Part shown: positions 48,989 to 57,856 of the stretch, piece by piece
Layout of the letters: each line of letters opens with the position of its first letter
Numbering within the stretch: the first letter of the stretch is position 1
Source: Gemmatimonadota bacterium
Lineage (GTDB): Bacteria > Gemmatimonadota > Gemmatimonadetes > Gemmatimonadales > GWC2-71-9
Length of the DNA stretch: 64,000 nucleotides
NCBI GenBank assembly: GCA_031402225.1
Contig: JANNSD010000050.1
Location: forward strand, 8,405-72,404
Reading direction: 5' to 3'
Position numbers and translations under genes: made by a program
Notes under the pieces: generated by a model
The model's input: only the letters and a program-made list of their open reading frames with translations
What the model was told of the DNA's origin: nothing
Databases searched by the model: none

Positions 48989-49786
48989 GTGCGACCCGCC
49001 GGCATTCTCTGCGACCTCGAAGGCACCCTCTATTCGGGTGACACGCCACTCCCCGGGGCGACGCGGCTGGTTCCCGCGCTCCGCGCGCAGGGTATCCCCT
49101 TCCGATTCGTCACCAACACCACCAGCCGGTCGCGCCGGCTGCTCGTGGCGCGCCTGGCGGCGATGGGCATCGCGGTCTCGATGGACGAGATCGTGAGTGC
49201 GCCGATTGCCGGCGCCTCGCTGGCGCGCGAACACGGGCATCGGATCGTCGCCCCGTTCCTTGCGGAGGCGGTGCTGGAAGACCTCGAGGGACTCGAGCTG
49301 TGTGGAGGAACCGTCGCGCGGGCGGGAGGCCGCCCGACCGCCATCATCTTCGGCGACCTCGGCGAGCACTGGAGCTACGGCCTGTTGCAGCAAGCATACG
49401 AGCACCTGCGGGACGGCGCCGAGTTCATCGCCTGCTCGTGCGACCGGGTCTATCGCAAGGCCGACCGGCTCGTGCTCGACGCCGGGCCGTTCGTCGCGGC
49501 GCTCGAGTACGCCAGTGGCCGCACGGCACAACTCGCGGGAAAGCCGGGTCCGGTCATCTATGACACGGCGATCCGCCAGCTCCAGCTGCCCGATGCGGTG
49601 CGCGCGCAGGTGGTGATGATCGGTGACGATATGCATTCCGACATTGCCGGCGCGCAGCAGGCGGGACTCGTTGCGTGGGCCGTCGAGACAGGCAAGTTCT
49701 CCGCCGCCGCCGCCGTCCGTGCAGGGATCGCCCCCGACCGCATCATTCCCGGGCTCGAGACGCTGCTGGCGGAACTAGGCGCGTGA
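48989..49786 (+). CDS. HAD-superfamily IIA hydrolase (NagD-like)
   Basis: ILCDLEGTLY (DxxGT-type nucleophile motif variant), FVTNTTSRSR, GKPGP, MIGDDMHSDIAGA. Confidence 0.85.
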   Translation: MRPAGILCDLEGTLYSGDTPLPGATRLVPALRAQGIPFRFVTNTTSRSRRLLVARLAAMGIAVSMDEIVSAPIAGASLAREHGHRIVAPFLAEAVLEDLEGLELCGGTVARAGGRPTAIIFGDLGEHWSYGLLQQAYEHLRDGAEFIACSCDRVYRKADRLVLDAGPFVAALEYASGRTAQLAGKPGPVIYDTAIRQLQLPDAVRAQVVMIGDDMHSDIAGAQQAGLVAWAVETGKFSAAAAVRAGIAPDRIIPGLETLLAELGA

Positions 49787-51354
49787 TCGCCCGCCCGGCG
49801 GGGCTCGTCGCCGCATTCCTGCTGCTGGCCGTGCCTCTCGCCGCGCAGGACGCTGAGCCGCCTGCGGGTGTACCCGTCGTGCAGTACCTCGACATCGTCC
49901 GGGAGGATATCGCCGACAGCAACGAGACCGGCTTTGCCGCAAAGGCGGCGAACGCGCTGCATGTCCGCACGCGCCAGCGCGTGGTGGAGCGCGAGGTGCT
50001 GCTCAAGCCGGGCATGCCATACGATTCGATCCTCGCGGCTGAAACCGCGCGGAACCTCCGGGCCCTCGGCATCTTCCGGGACGTCCTGGTGGACACGGTA
50101 CGGAGCGACAGCGGGCTCACCCTTCGCGTGGTGACGAAGGACGGCTGGAGCACCTTTCCGATCTTCAACATTACGACCGCGGCGGGACAGTCCGCGTTCG
50201 CCCTCGGGGCCGCAGAGGGGAACCTCCTCGGCCTGGCGGCCCTCGGGCTGATCCGCTACAGCAGCAATCCCGACCGCACCGCGTGGCTGTTTGCGTTCCG
50301 GCAGCCCCGCCTCTTTGCGGGGCGCGTCAATCTTGGACTTTCCGTTGAGGAGCGCTCCGATGGCCGCGCCATCGCCGGCCAGCTCGGCATGCCGTTCTAC
50401 TCCATTGCCAGTCGCTGGGCCCTGGGCGGTGACGCAACCTACTTCGACGGGGATGTCCTCGTGTTCGCCGACGGCGTCCTCACGCCGGACCAGACGCTGT
50501 CGCGCCAGTACACCCTCGTGCGCGTGGACGGAGCGAAGGCGCTCAAGGCGTCGCCCAGGGGATACGTGCGGGCCGGTGTCACCGCCCAGCTGGAATCGAA
50601 TTCATTCCTCCCGAGCCCCGTCACCGTGCCACGCATCGATACGACGCAGGTTGCCGTCGGTGCCTATGTCAACGTCCTCCGCGCGCGCTTCGCCCTCGTG
50701 CGCAACGTGCGCAGTTTCGGGAGGGAGGAAGACTTCGCCATCGGCCAGAACGTTCGCGTTGGACTGCTCGCCGCCCCCTCGGCGTTCGGCTATGCGGTGA
50801 ACGGCGTCGGCCTGCAGCTTGCCGCCTCGACCGGATTCCGCTTTCCGGGCGGGCTCGCGCAGCTGAGTGCTACGGCCAATGGTCTTGTCACCGGTTCGGG
50901 TGTCGACTCCGGGTCGGTCGTGCTCAAGGGAAACCTCGTCGTCCAGCCAGATACGAAGAACGCGATCATCGTCGGCGGCTTCGTGGGCCGGCAGAAGAAT
51001 CCGGTGCCCGGACGCCAGTTCGACCTGGGCCTGGTGTATGGACTACGGGCCTATCCGCTGCATGCGTTTGTGGGCGACCGGGGGTTCCTGGTCGCCGCGG
51101 AGTATCGCTGGACCTTCACGGAGAATTTCGGCGGCCTGCTTGGCCTCGCCCTCGGCACATTCGTGGACTACGGTGGTGCATGGTATGCCGGGGAGTCACC
51201 GCGCACCGGCACGGACCTGGGTGCCGGGCTGCGCTTCGGTCCGAGTCGCTCGGCCAGTCCGGTCCTGTTCCGGCTCGACGTGGCCTATCGCTTCGAGGCG
51301 GCGCCGTTCACGGCCGGGTGGTCGATCGTCTTCGGCGAGGGATTCACGTTCTAG
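49783..51354 (+). CDS. BamA/D15-like outer-membrane protein (POTRA + surface-antigen barrel)
   Basis: GTG 49783 overlaps the HAD stop. Signal peptide AAFLLLAVPLAAQD, a POTRA-like segment (VLLKPGMPYDSILAAETARNLRALGIFRDVLVD) and a C-terminal beta-barrel ending in FGEGFTF. Confidence 0.85.
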   Translation: MIARPAGLVAAFLLLAVPLAAQDAEPPAGVPVVQYLDIVREDIADSNETGFAAKAANALHVRTRQRVVEREVLLKPGMPYDSILAAETARNLRALGIFRDVLVDTVRSDSGLTLRVVTKDGWSTFPIFNITTAAGQSAFALGAAEGNLLGLAALGLIRYSSNPDRTAWLFAFRQPRLFAGRVNLGLSVEERSDGRAIAGQLGMPFYSIASRWALGGDATYFDGDVLVFADGVLTPDQTLSRQYTLVRVDGAKALKASPRGYVRAGVTAQLESNSFLPSPVTVPRIDTTQVAVGAYVNVLRARFALVRNVRSFGREEDFAIGQNVRVGLLAAPSAFGYAVNGVGLQLAASTGFRFPGGLAQLSATANGLVTGSGVDSGSVVLKGNLVVQPDTKNAIIVGGFVGRQKNPVPGRQFDLGLVYGLRAYPLHAFVGDRGFLVAAEYRWTFTENFGGLLGLALGTFVDYGGAWYAGESPRTGTDLGAGLRFGPSRSASPVLFRLDVAYRFEAAPFTAGWSIVFGEGFTF

Positions 51355-51424
51355 GACGTGAGGACGTGAAGCGTTCACGAGCTCGCCATGACATTAGATT
51401 GTGGAACCCCTTAACCTCAGGCCT

Positions 51425-51838
51425 ATGACCACACCCGAAGCACAGGCGCCTGCGTCAGCACCCAAAGCCAAGCGACGCCGCTGGCCGGTTGTCATCGCCA
51501 CGTTCCTGATCGTTCCCCTGCTCCTGTCCGCGATCTACACCTTCTTCGTGGTGACCTGGAGCTACTCCGAGGGCGGGCGCGCCGGTACGCTGCAGAAGTT
51601 TTCGCGCAAGGGATGGATGTGCAAGACGTACGAGGGCGAACTGGCGATGTACGTGGTTGGCGGGGTCGCACCGCAGATCTGGTACTTCACCGTTCGCGAC
51701 GAGTCGATCGTCCGCCAGATGAGCGATGCGGTGGGCCAGAAGGTCCAGGTGCACTATTCCGAGCATCGCGGCGTGCCGACCGGCTGCTTCGGGGACACGC
51801 CCTACTGGGTCGACCAGGTCAAGGTTGTTACCGAGTAA
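51425..51838 (+). CDS. Small membrane-anchored protein, unknown function
   Basis: ATG 51425. It has a basic stretch, a TM helix (WPVVIATFLIVPLLLSAIYTFFVV) and a conserved-looking domain (GWMCKTYEGELAMY...VHYSEHRGVPTGCFGDTPYWV). Confidence 0.65.
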   Translation: MTTPEAQAPASAPKAKRRRWPVVIATFLIVPLLLSAIYTFFVVTWSYSEGGRAGTLQKFSRKGWMCKTYEGELAMYVVGGVAPQIWYFTVRDESIVRQMSDAVGQKVQVHYSEHRGVPTGCFGDTPYWVDQVKVVTE

Positions 51839-51844
51839 GACTCA

Positions 51845-52393
51845 TTGAGCATCCAGCCCGAAGACCTGGCCAAGCGGCTCCTGCGCTCCGAGTGGGAGCG
51901 CCTGTCCCATCACGAGCGCGCCGTCATCACCAAGGTGCTGGAGCGTATCCGTCCGCAGCGTGACATCCACGAGGAATATCAGGACCAGCGCACGTTCGGC
52001 GAGCGACTGGCAGATAAAGTTGCTGCGCTCGGCGGTTCGTGGGCGTTCATCTCGATCTTCTTCCTGTTCCTGATCGGCTGGACCATCCTCAATGTGGTGA
52101 TCCTGGGGCGCTGGGGCCGGGCGTTCGATCCCTATCCGTTCATCTTCCTCAACCTCATCCTCTCGATGGTGGCGGCCATTCAGGCCCCGATCATCATGAT
52201 GTCCCAGAACCGGCAGTCGGTGGTGGACCGCATGGCGGCAGCGAACGATTACGAAGTGAACCTGCGGGCCGAGCTGGGTGTGCGGGCGCTGATCGACCGG
52301 CTGGATGAATTGCAGCGGGCTCACCAGCAGCAACTCGAGTTGCTGGGCCGGATCGCCGTGAACACGGGAAGCGCACCTCCATCGCCGCCATGA
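51845..52393 (+). CDS. DUF1003-family membrane protein
   Basis: FGERLADKVAALGGSWAFISIFFLFLIGWTILN...DPYPFIFLNLILSMVAAIQAPIIMMSQNRQ matches the DUF1003 core. TTG start as in the track; uncertain. Confidence 0.8.
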   Translation: MSIQPEDLAKRLLRSEWERLSHHERAVITKVLERIRPQRDIHEEYQDQRTFGERLADKVAALGGSWAFISIFFLFLIGWTILNVVILGRWGRAFDPYPFIFLNLILSMVAAIQAPIIMMSQNRQSVVDRMAAANDYEVNLRAELGVRALIDRLDELQRAHQQQLELLGRIAVNTGSAPPSPP

Positions 52394-52427
52394 AACGGCT
52401 TCACGCCCCCCTCTAGCATCTCTCCCG

Positions 52428-52538
52428 GTTCGGCCGTATTGTATACTCAGTCTTCGGTTTTTGTTCGGTTTAATGCTGCCATCCGCGCACAGGCGGAATC
52501 CTTCGCTGTCTCCATAAGCCAATAAAAGACAATTACTT
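52428..52538 (+). promoter_or_regulatory. AT-rich promoter/operator region of the imuA-imuB-dnaE2 cassette
   Basis: GC content drops sharply here. TATACT (52442-52447) is -10-like. CTTC-N7-GTTC (52452-52466) and the duplicated TTCGGTTT are operator candidates. No experimental support. Confidence 0.3.
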
Positions 52539-53207
52539 ATGCAGATAGCTCAGCTTCGCTCCCGGCTCGAACAGGTTATCGCCCCGCCGCCGGTGGCGGC
52601 CGACGCCATCCCCACCGGATTCCAGGAACTCGATGAAGCGCTGGGCGGCGGAATTCCGCGCGGGCGGCTCACGGAGTTGATCGGCCCCCTCGGCGCGGGC
52701 ACGGCAACGCTGGTCCGCGGGCTGGTTGGCGCCGTGTTGACCCGGGGGCAGGGTGTCGCATGCATCGATGCCTCGCGCACCCTCGATCCGGCTGACTGGG
52801 CATTACTCGACTGTGCCTTCCTCCGTGTGGTGCGACCGCGCGATTCCGCGCGAGGGGCCTGGTGTGCCGATGTGCTGCTGCGCAGCGGGGCGTTCACGCT
52901 CGTGGTGCTCGACCATGCCCCGCCACTCACGCGGCAGGTGGCGCTTCGCCTTGTCGGTCTCGCGCGCGACCGGGACGCGGCGTTCGTCGTGGCAGGCGAG
53001 GGGTCGGTGTCACAGGTGGGCGGGGCGGTGCGGCTGGAGGTGAAACGCCGATGGGGTGGAGGCAGCCAGCGGCGGCTATCCGAGCTGACCGTTCTTCGCG
53101 GCGGGCTTCGTACCACCATTGAGGTTCCCAGTGTCATCCAGCATCCGCGTCGCCTGTGTGCGCATCCCGAAGTTCCCGATCGGCGCGGTGTGGCTGGAGG
53201 ACGGTAA
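52539..53207 (+). CDS. imuA: ImuA (SulA/RecA-like) component of the mutagenesis cassette
   Basis: GFQELDEALGGGIPRGRLTELIGPLGAGTATLV is typical of ImuA. Its position immediately upstream of imuB-dnaE2 supports the call. Confidence 0.8.
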   Translation: MQIAQLRSRLEQVIAPPPVAADAIPTGFQELDEALGGGIPRGRLTELIGPLGAGTATLVRGLVGAVLTRGQGVACIDASRTLDPADWALLDCAFLRVVRPRDSARGAWCADVLLRSGAFTLVVLDHAPPLTRQVALRLVGLARDRDAAFVVAGEGSVSQVGGAVRLEVKRRWGGGSQRRLSELTVLRGGLRTTIEVPSVIQHPRRLCAHPEVPDRRGVAGGR

Positions 53208-54618
53208 GGGGGTTCACTGGGACCAGCGCCCCCTGGCGCTCATCCGTGGCGATCGCGTGGCCCTCGCCACGACACAGGCCGCCTCACACGGCATCCGGCA
53301 CGGCATGTCCATCCCTGCGGCGCGAGCGATGTGCGCCGGGCTGGAGGTGCGGCCCTGGGACGACCGCGCGATCGGCCGGGCCATGCACCGGGTAACAGCC
53401 GCGTGCCTCGCCCTCAGCCCGCAGGTGACACCGGCGCGTCCAGGTTTCTGGTGGATCGGTGCGCATGGGCTCGAGGGTCATGGTGGCGAGGACAACCTCA
53501 TCCGATCGCTCCTCGCATGCGCCCGGCGCTGGCACCCTGGTGCCCGCGTGGCCGTGGCGTCGAGCTGCATCGCTGCCTCGGTGGCTACCTGGCTTCGCGG
53601 TACCGGCCGCCTCGTGCCGCGTGGCGAAGACCAGGCGCTGCTCGCCCAGGCGCCGCTCTCCCTCCTTCCCATGCACACCGAGTTGCGCGAAACCCTCGCG
53701 GCACTGGGCCTGGGGACGGCGGGGCAGCTCGCCGCCCTCGATCCCGGCGATGTCGAACAGCGCTTCGGTCCCGCCGGACTCGCGGCCTGGCGCCTGGCGC
53801 GGGGCGAGGACCAGCGGCGGCCCACCCTCACGCGTCCCGTGCCCGACGATACCGTCGCCATCGAGCTTCCAACGTCCGCCGAGACACGTGAGCCGGTGCT
53901 CTTCCTGGTGCGCGCGGCGCTGGGGCGGCTGATCACGCAGGTCGCGAGCGACGGGATGGCGGTGGCGGCGCTGGAAGTGGAACTGATGCTCGATGTGTCG
54001 CCGGCCCGGTCGGTAGCGCGACGCATGACCCTGGCATTCCCGCTCGCCCGCCTGGAACCGCTGTTCGAGCACTGCCGGGCGGTGCTCGAGGACTGGGCGC
54101 TCGAGGCGCCGGTGCTCGGCGTTGTCGTGCGCATCACCGAGCGCGCCAGGCCTGCCGCTGCGCAGGGCGACCTGCTGCGCACCGGCTGGCGTGATCCTGC
54201 CGCGGCGGAGGCGGCGTTCGCCCGCCTCCGCGCGGCGCTCGGTGCCGATGCCGTGGTGCGCCCTGCATCCCGCGATGGATTCGCACCTGAGCGACGTGGT
54301 GCCTGGGAGGAAGGGCGCGATCGGGAGGCGAAGTCACCTGCCGCCTTGCCGCCTTGTCATCCTGCCGCTCCTCATCCTGCCGCTCCTTTGCGCCTGCTCG
54401 AGCCACCGGAGCCGGTCGAGGTCGCGCCCGACACCAGCGCTTTCACCTGGCGCGGACGGCGCTGGCCCATCACCGAGCGGGGCAGCGTGGAGCGGCTCTC
54501 CGGCGACTGGTGGGCGTCCCCCTATGCCCGTGACTACTCCTCCTGGACCAGTGAGGGAACGGCGTTCGTGGTGTTCCTGAGCGGGGAGACGTGGAATGTC
54601 CACGGGTGGTATGACTGA
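53131..54618 (+). CDS. imuB: ImuB, Y-family DNA polymerase-like protein
   Basis: The N-terminus IRVACVRIPKFPIGAV and overall UmuC/DinB-like architecture, in the imuA/dnaE2 context. GTG 53131 (or TTG 53119) overlaps the imuA 3' end by about 77-89 nt. It contains one in-frame octamer module (AALPPCHPAAPHPAAP). Confidence 0.85.
   Translation: MSSSIRVACVRIPKFPIGAVWLEDGKGVHWDQRPLALIRGDRVALATTQAASHGIRHGMSIPAARAMCAGLEVRPWDDRAIGRAMHRVTAACLALSPQVTPARPGFWWIGAHGLEGHGGEDNLIRSLLACARRWHPGARVAVASSCIAASVATWLRGTGRLVPRGEDQALLAQAPLSLLPMHTELRETLAALGLGTAGQLAALDPGDVEQRFGPAGLAAWRLARGEDQRRPTLTRPVPDDTVAIELPTSAETREPVLFLVRAALGRLITQVASDGMAVAALEVELMLDVSPARSVARRMTLAFPLARLEPLFEHCRAVLEDWALEAPVLGVVVRITERARPAAAQGDLLRTGWRDPAAAEAAFARLRAALGADAVVRPASRDGFAPERRGAWEEGRDREAKSPAALPPCHPAAPHPAAPLRLLEPPEPVEVAPDTSAFTWRGRRWPITERGSVERLSGDWWASPYARDYSSWTSEGTAFVVFLSGETWNVHGWYD
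54338..54386 (+). repeat. Octamer-built repeat module, copy B1 (inside imuB)
   Basis: ctgccgcc ttgccgcc ttgtcatc ctgccgct, then cctcatc ctgccgct. Read in frame as PAALPPCHPAAPHPAAP. Confidence 0.9.
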
Positions 54619-57600
54619 CGCCGTCCAGCCATCCGATTACGTCGAGCTGCACTGCCACTCCTGCTTCTCGCTGCTCGACGGGGCGACCTCGCCCGAGGGG
54701 CTGGTCGATCGCGTCCACATGCTGGGCCAGCGCGCGCTGGCGCTCACCGACCATGCCGACCTGGGTGGTGCCGTACGGTTCTCCGAGGCAGGGCGCGCGC
54801 GGGGCGTGGAGACGATCGTCGGGGCCGAACTCGACATTTCCTTTCCTGCCGCCTTGCCGCCTTGTCATCCTACCGCCGTCGTCCTGCTCGCCGAGTCCAG
54901 CACCGGCTATGCGAACATTGCCACCCTTGTCACACGCGCGCGCATGGATTGCCCGCGGGGCGAGCCCGCCGTTCCGCTCGACCTGCTCGCGCGCCATGCC
55001 GATGGCGTCACCGCGCTCACTGGTGGCCCGCGAGGATGGCTGCCGTCACATCTCGCGGCCGGCAACGTGGAGGGTGCGCGCCATGCGGCGCGCGCGCTCC
55101 ACGATATCTACGGCGACCATCTCGTCATCGAGTGCTGGGATCACGGACTTCCCGAGGAAAAGGCCCTCGTTGCCCAGCTCATTCCGCTCGCCGCATGGCT
55201 CGGCGTGCCATGGGTCGTGGCGAATGACGTGCGCTACGCCCGCCCGCAGGATCGCCGGGTATACGACGTGCTCGCGGCGCTCAGGCACAAGAGGACCCTC
55301 GACCAGATGGGCACGCGCCTCCGTCCCAATGGCGAGTGGTACCTCAAGTCGGCAGCGCAGATGGCGCGCCGCTGGCGCCATGCCCCGGCAGGGGTGCGTG
55401 CCACCCGCGCCGTGGCAGAACGGTGTGCCTTCCGCCTCGAGCAGCTGCGCCCGACGCTGCCGGCGTTTGCCCTGCCGCCTGGTGTCGGGGAGGATGAGTA
55501 CCTGGAGCGGCTGGCCATGCAGGGCCTCGAGGAGCGCCTCTCTCACGACTCACGACCCACGACTCACGACTCGTCGGCCCATCGCACCCAGCTGGCCCAC
55601 GAGCTCACCATCATCGCGCGCCTGGGGCTCGCCGGCTTCTTCCTCATCGTCTGGGACATCGTGCGCTTCGCGCGGCGTAACGGCATCCTCTGCCAGGGGC
55701 GCGGCTCCGCCGCCAACTCCGTGGTCTGCTACTGCCTGGGCATTACTGCGGTCGACCCGGTGAGGATGAATCTTCTCTTCGAGCGGTTCCTGAGCGAGGA
55801 GCGCGCCGAGCCGCCCGATATCGACCTCGATATCGCGCATCGCGAACGGGAACGGGTGCTCCAGTACGTCTATGAGCGCTATGGGCGCGAGCATGCGGCG
55901 ATGGTGTGCGAGCAGATCAGCTGGCGGGGGCGCAGCGCCGTCCGCGACACGGCGCGCGTGCTCGGCTTCAGCGTGCAGCAGGCCGGGGCACTCGCGGCGT
56001 TCAGCGACCGGTTTTCCGCGAAGGCGACGGTCGACACATCCGTCTTCACCAAGGCCGGCCTCGACCCGGCCGACCCGCGTGTTGCCCTGCTCGCCGACCT
56101 GGTCGCGGGCCTGCACCAGTTGCCACGGCACCGCTCCATCCATGTCGGCGGCTTCGTCCTGACCCGTGAGCCGCTGTCGCGCATCGTGCCCATCGAGCCG
56201 GCGTCGATGCCGGGCCGCACGGTGATCCAGTGGGAAAAGGACGACCTCGGTCCCGTCGGCCTGGTGAAGATCGACCTGCTCGGGCTCGGCATGCTCACGC
56301 TGCTGCAGGATTGCCTGCTCTACATCAATCGCACGCGCGGGGTGTCGCTCGATCTCGGCACCATCCCGGTGGACGACCAGGCGGTGTACGACGACCTCTG
56401 CCGCGCCGATACCATCGGCCTCTTCCAGGTGGAGAGCCGCGCCCAGATGAACACCCTCCCGCGCCTCAAGCCGCGCGCGTTCTACGACCTCGTCGTCGAG
56501 GTGGCGCTCATCCGTCCCGGGCCCATCCAGGGAGACATGGTGCACCCGTTCCTCCGTCGCCGTGCGGGACTCGAGGAGGTCACCTATCCCCATCCCTCCC
56601 TCGAACCGGCCCTCAAGCGCACCCTTGGCATTCCGCTCTTCCAGGAGCAGGGTATGCAGGTCGCTATCGCAGCGGCAGGGTTCACGCCCGGTCAGGCCGA
56701 TGAGCTGCGCCGCGCCATGGGACACAAGCGTTCCCACGAGCGCATGGCCGGGATCGCCGACCAACTGGTGGAGGGGATGGCGAAGAACGGCATCGATGCC
56801 GACACGGCGCGACGGATCTACCAGCAGATCAGCGCCTTCGCCGACTACGGATTTCCCGAGAGCCACGCCGCGAGCTTCGCGCTGCTGGTGTATGCCTCGG
56901 CCTGGCTCCGGCACTACTACCAGCCCGAATACACGGCCGCGATCCTCAACGCGCAGCCGATGGGCTTCTATTCTCCCGGGACACTGGTGGAGGATGCCCG
57001 CCGTCACGGCGTAGAGGTGAGGCCGGTGGATGCGCTGCACAGCAGCTGGGACGCGAGCCTCGAGCGCCGTGACTCACGACTCACGACTCACGACTCTCCT
57101 GCCGTGCGACTCGGTTTCCGCTCCATCCGCGGACTCGGCTCTGCCGCACGCGAGAAGATCGAGCGCGCCCTCAATGAGCGGCCGTTCAGCACCGTAGCCG
57201 ATGTGGTGAGCCGCACTGGACTCGACCGCGGCGCGCTGCGCGCGCTCGCGGAAGCGGGAGCGCTCGACAGCCTGGTGCAGCATGAATCACCCGAGCGTCG
57301 CCGGCGCATGGCATTGTGGGAAGTGCTGCGCGCCGAGCGCGGGGTCGCTGGTCCTTTTGCCACCTTGCCGCCTTGCCGCCCTGCCGCCTTCCTGCCACCA
57401 ATGACGCCGTACGAACTGACCGAAGCGGATTATCGAATGACTGCCCTCTCACTCAATGGGCATCCGATGGCACATCTTCGGAAGGAAATGCGGCGCATCG
57501 GCGTTACGGCGGCGAATGACCTGCTTCCTCCTGCCGCCCTGCCGCCCTGTCATCCTGCCGCTCCCAGGGACGGAGCGACGGTTCTCGTCGCGGGGCTCGT

Positions 57601-57856
57601 CATCTGCCGCCAGCGCCCCGGTACCGCCAAGGGGTTTGTCTTCCTCACCCTCGAGGACGAAACCGGGCTGGTGAACGTCATCGTGACGCCAAAGCGCTTC
57701 GAGCAGCAGGCGCTGCTCATTGCGCGGAGCCCCTTGCTGCTGGTACGCGGGACCTTGCAGATCGAGGGGCGTGTGGTGAACGTGCGCGGGGAGGAGTTCC
57801 GCCTCCTCAACGCTCCCGTGGGCGCCGAGCATGCCCGCCGACACGATTTTCATTGA
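54596..57856 (+). CDS. dnaE2: Error-prone DNA polymerase III alpha subunit DnaE2 (ImuC)
   Basis: PHP domain YVELHCHSCFSLLDG, polymerase core (LVKIDLLGLGMLT, IALIRPGPIQGDMV, LFQEQ), an OB-fold C-terminus, and a position after imuB. It contains five in-frame short-repeat insertions. Confidence 0.95.
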   Translation: MSTGGMTDAVQPSDYVELHCHSCFSLLDGATSPEGLVDRVHMLGQRALALTDHADLGGAVRFSEAGRARGVETIVGAELDISFPAALPPCHPTAVVLLAESSTGYANIATLVTRARMDCPRGEPAVPLDLLARHADGVTALTGGPRGWLPSHLAAGNVEGARHAARALHDIYGDHLVIECWDHGLPEEKALVAQLIPLAAWLGVPWVVANDVRYARPQDRRVYDVLAALRHKRTLDQMGTRLRPNGEWYLKSAAQMARRWRHAPAGVRATRAVAERCAFRLEQLRPTLPAFALPPGVGEDEYLERLAMQGLEERLSHDSRPTTHDSSAHRTQLAHELTIIARLGLAGFFLIVWDIVRFARRNGILCQGRGSAANSVVCYCLGITAVDPVRMNLLFERFLSEERAEPPDIDLDIAHRERERVLQYVYERYGREHAAMVCEQISWRGRSAVRDTARVLGFSVQQAGALAAFSDRFSAKATVDTSVFTKAGLDPADPRVALLADLVAGLHQLPRHRSIHVGGFVLTREPLSRIVPIEPASMPGRTVIQWEKDDLGPVGLVKIDLLGLGMLTLLQDCLLYINRTRGVSLDLGTIPVDDQAVYDDLCRADTIGLFQVESRAQMNTLPRLKPRAFYDLVVEVALIRPGPIQGDMVHPFLRRRAGLEEVTYPHPSLEPALKRTLGIPLFQEQGMQVAIAAAGFTPGQADELRRAMGHKRSHERMAGIADQLVEGMAKNGIDADTARRIYQQISAFADYGFPESHAASFALLVYASAWLRHYYQPEYTAAILNAQPMGFYSPGTLVEDARRHGVEVRPVDALHSSWDASLERRDSRLTTHDSPAVRLGFRSIRGLGSAAREKIERALNERPFSTVADVVSRTGLDRGALRALAEAGALDSLVQHESPERRRRMALWEVLRAERGVAGPFATLPPCRPAAFLPPMTPYELTEADYRMTALSLNGHPMAHLRKEMRRIGVTAANDLLPPAALPPCHPAAPRDGATVLVAGLVICRQRPGTAKGFVFLTLEDETGLVNVIVTPKRFEQQALLIARSPLLLVRGTLQIEGRVVNVRGEEFRLLNAPVGAEHARRHDFH
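54846..54877 (+). repeat. Octamer-built repeat module, copy B2 (inside dnaE2)
   Basis: ctgccgcc ttgccgcc ttgtcatc ctaccgcc. It differs from B1 at 2 nt and is read as PAALPPCHPTA. Confidence 0.9.
55540..55574 (+). repeat. Heptamer array, copy A2 (inside dnaE2)
   Basis: ctctcac gactcac gacccac gactcac gactcgt, read in frame as SHDSRPTTHDSS. Confidence 0.9.
57071..57098 (+). repeat. Heptamer array, copy A3 (inside dnaE2)
   Basis: gactcac x3 then gactctc, read in frame as DSRLTTHDS. Confidence 0.9.
57357..57396 (+). repeat. Octamer array, copy B3 (inside dnaE2)
   Basis: ttgccacc ttgccgcc ttgccgcc ctgccgcc ttcctgcc, read as TLPPCRPAAFLP. Confidence 0.85.
57531..57562 (+). repeat. Octamer-built repeat module, copy B4 (inside dnaE2)
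   Basis: ctgccgcc ctgccgcc ctgtcatc ctgccgct. It differs from B1 at 2 nt and is read as AALPPCHPAAP. Confidence 0.9.

Noticed and set aside
54338-57562. Whether the short octamer and heptamer repeats could be a CRISPR array or ordinary low-complexity Pro/Ala linkers.
   Set aside because: They are not CRISPR, because the units are 7-8 nt, contiguous, lack spacers and lie inside genes. They are not simple compositional bias either, because the 32-nt modules are near-identical at the nucleotide level at non-homologous sites.
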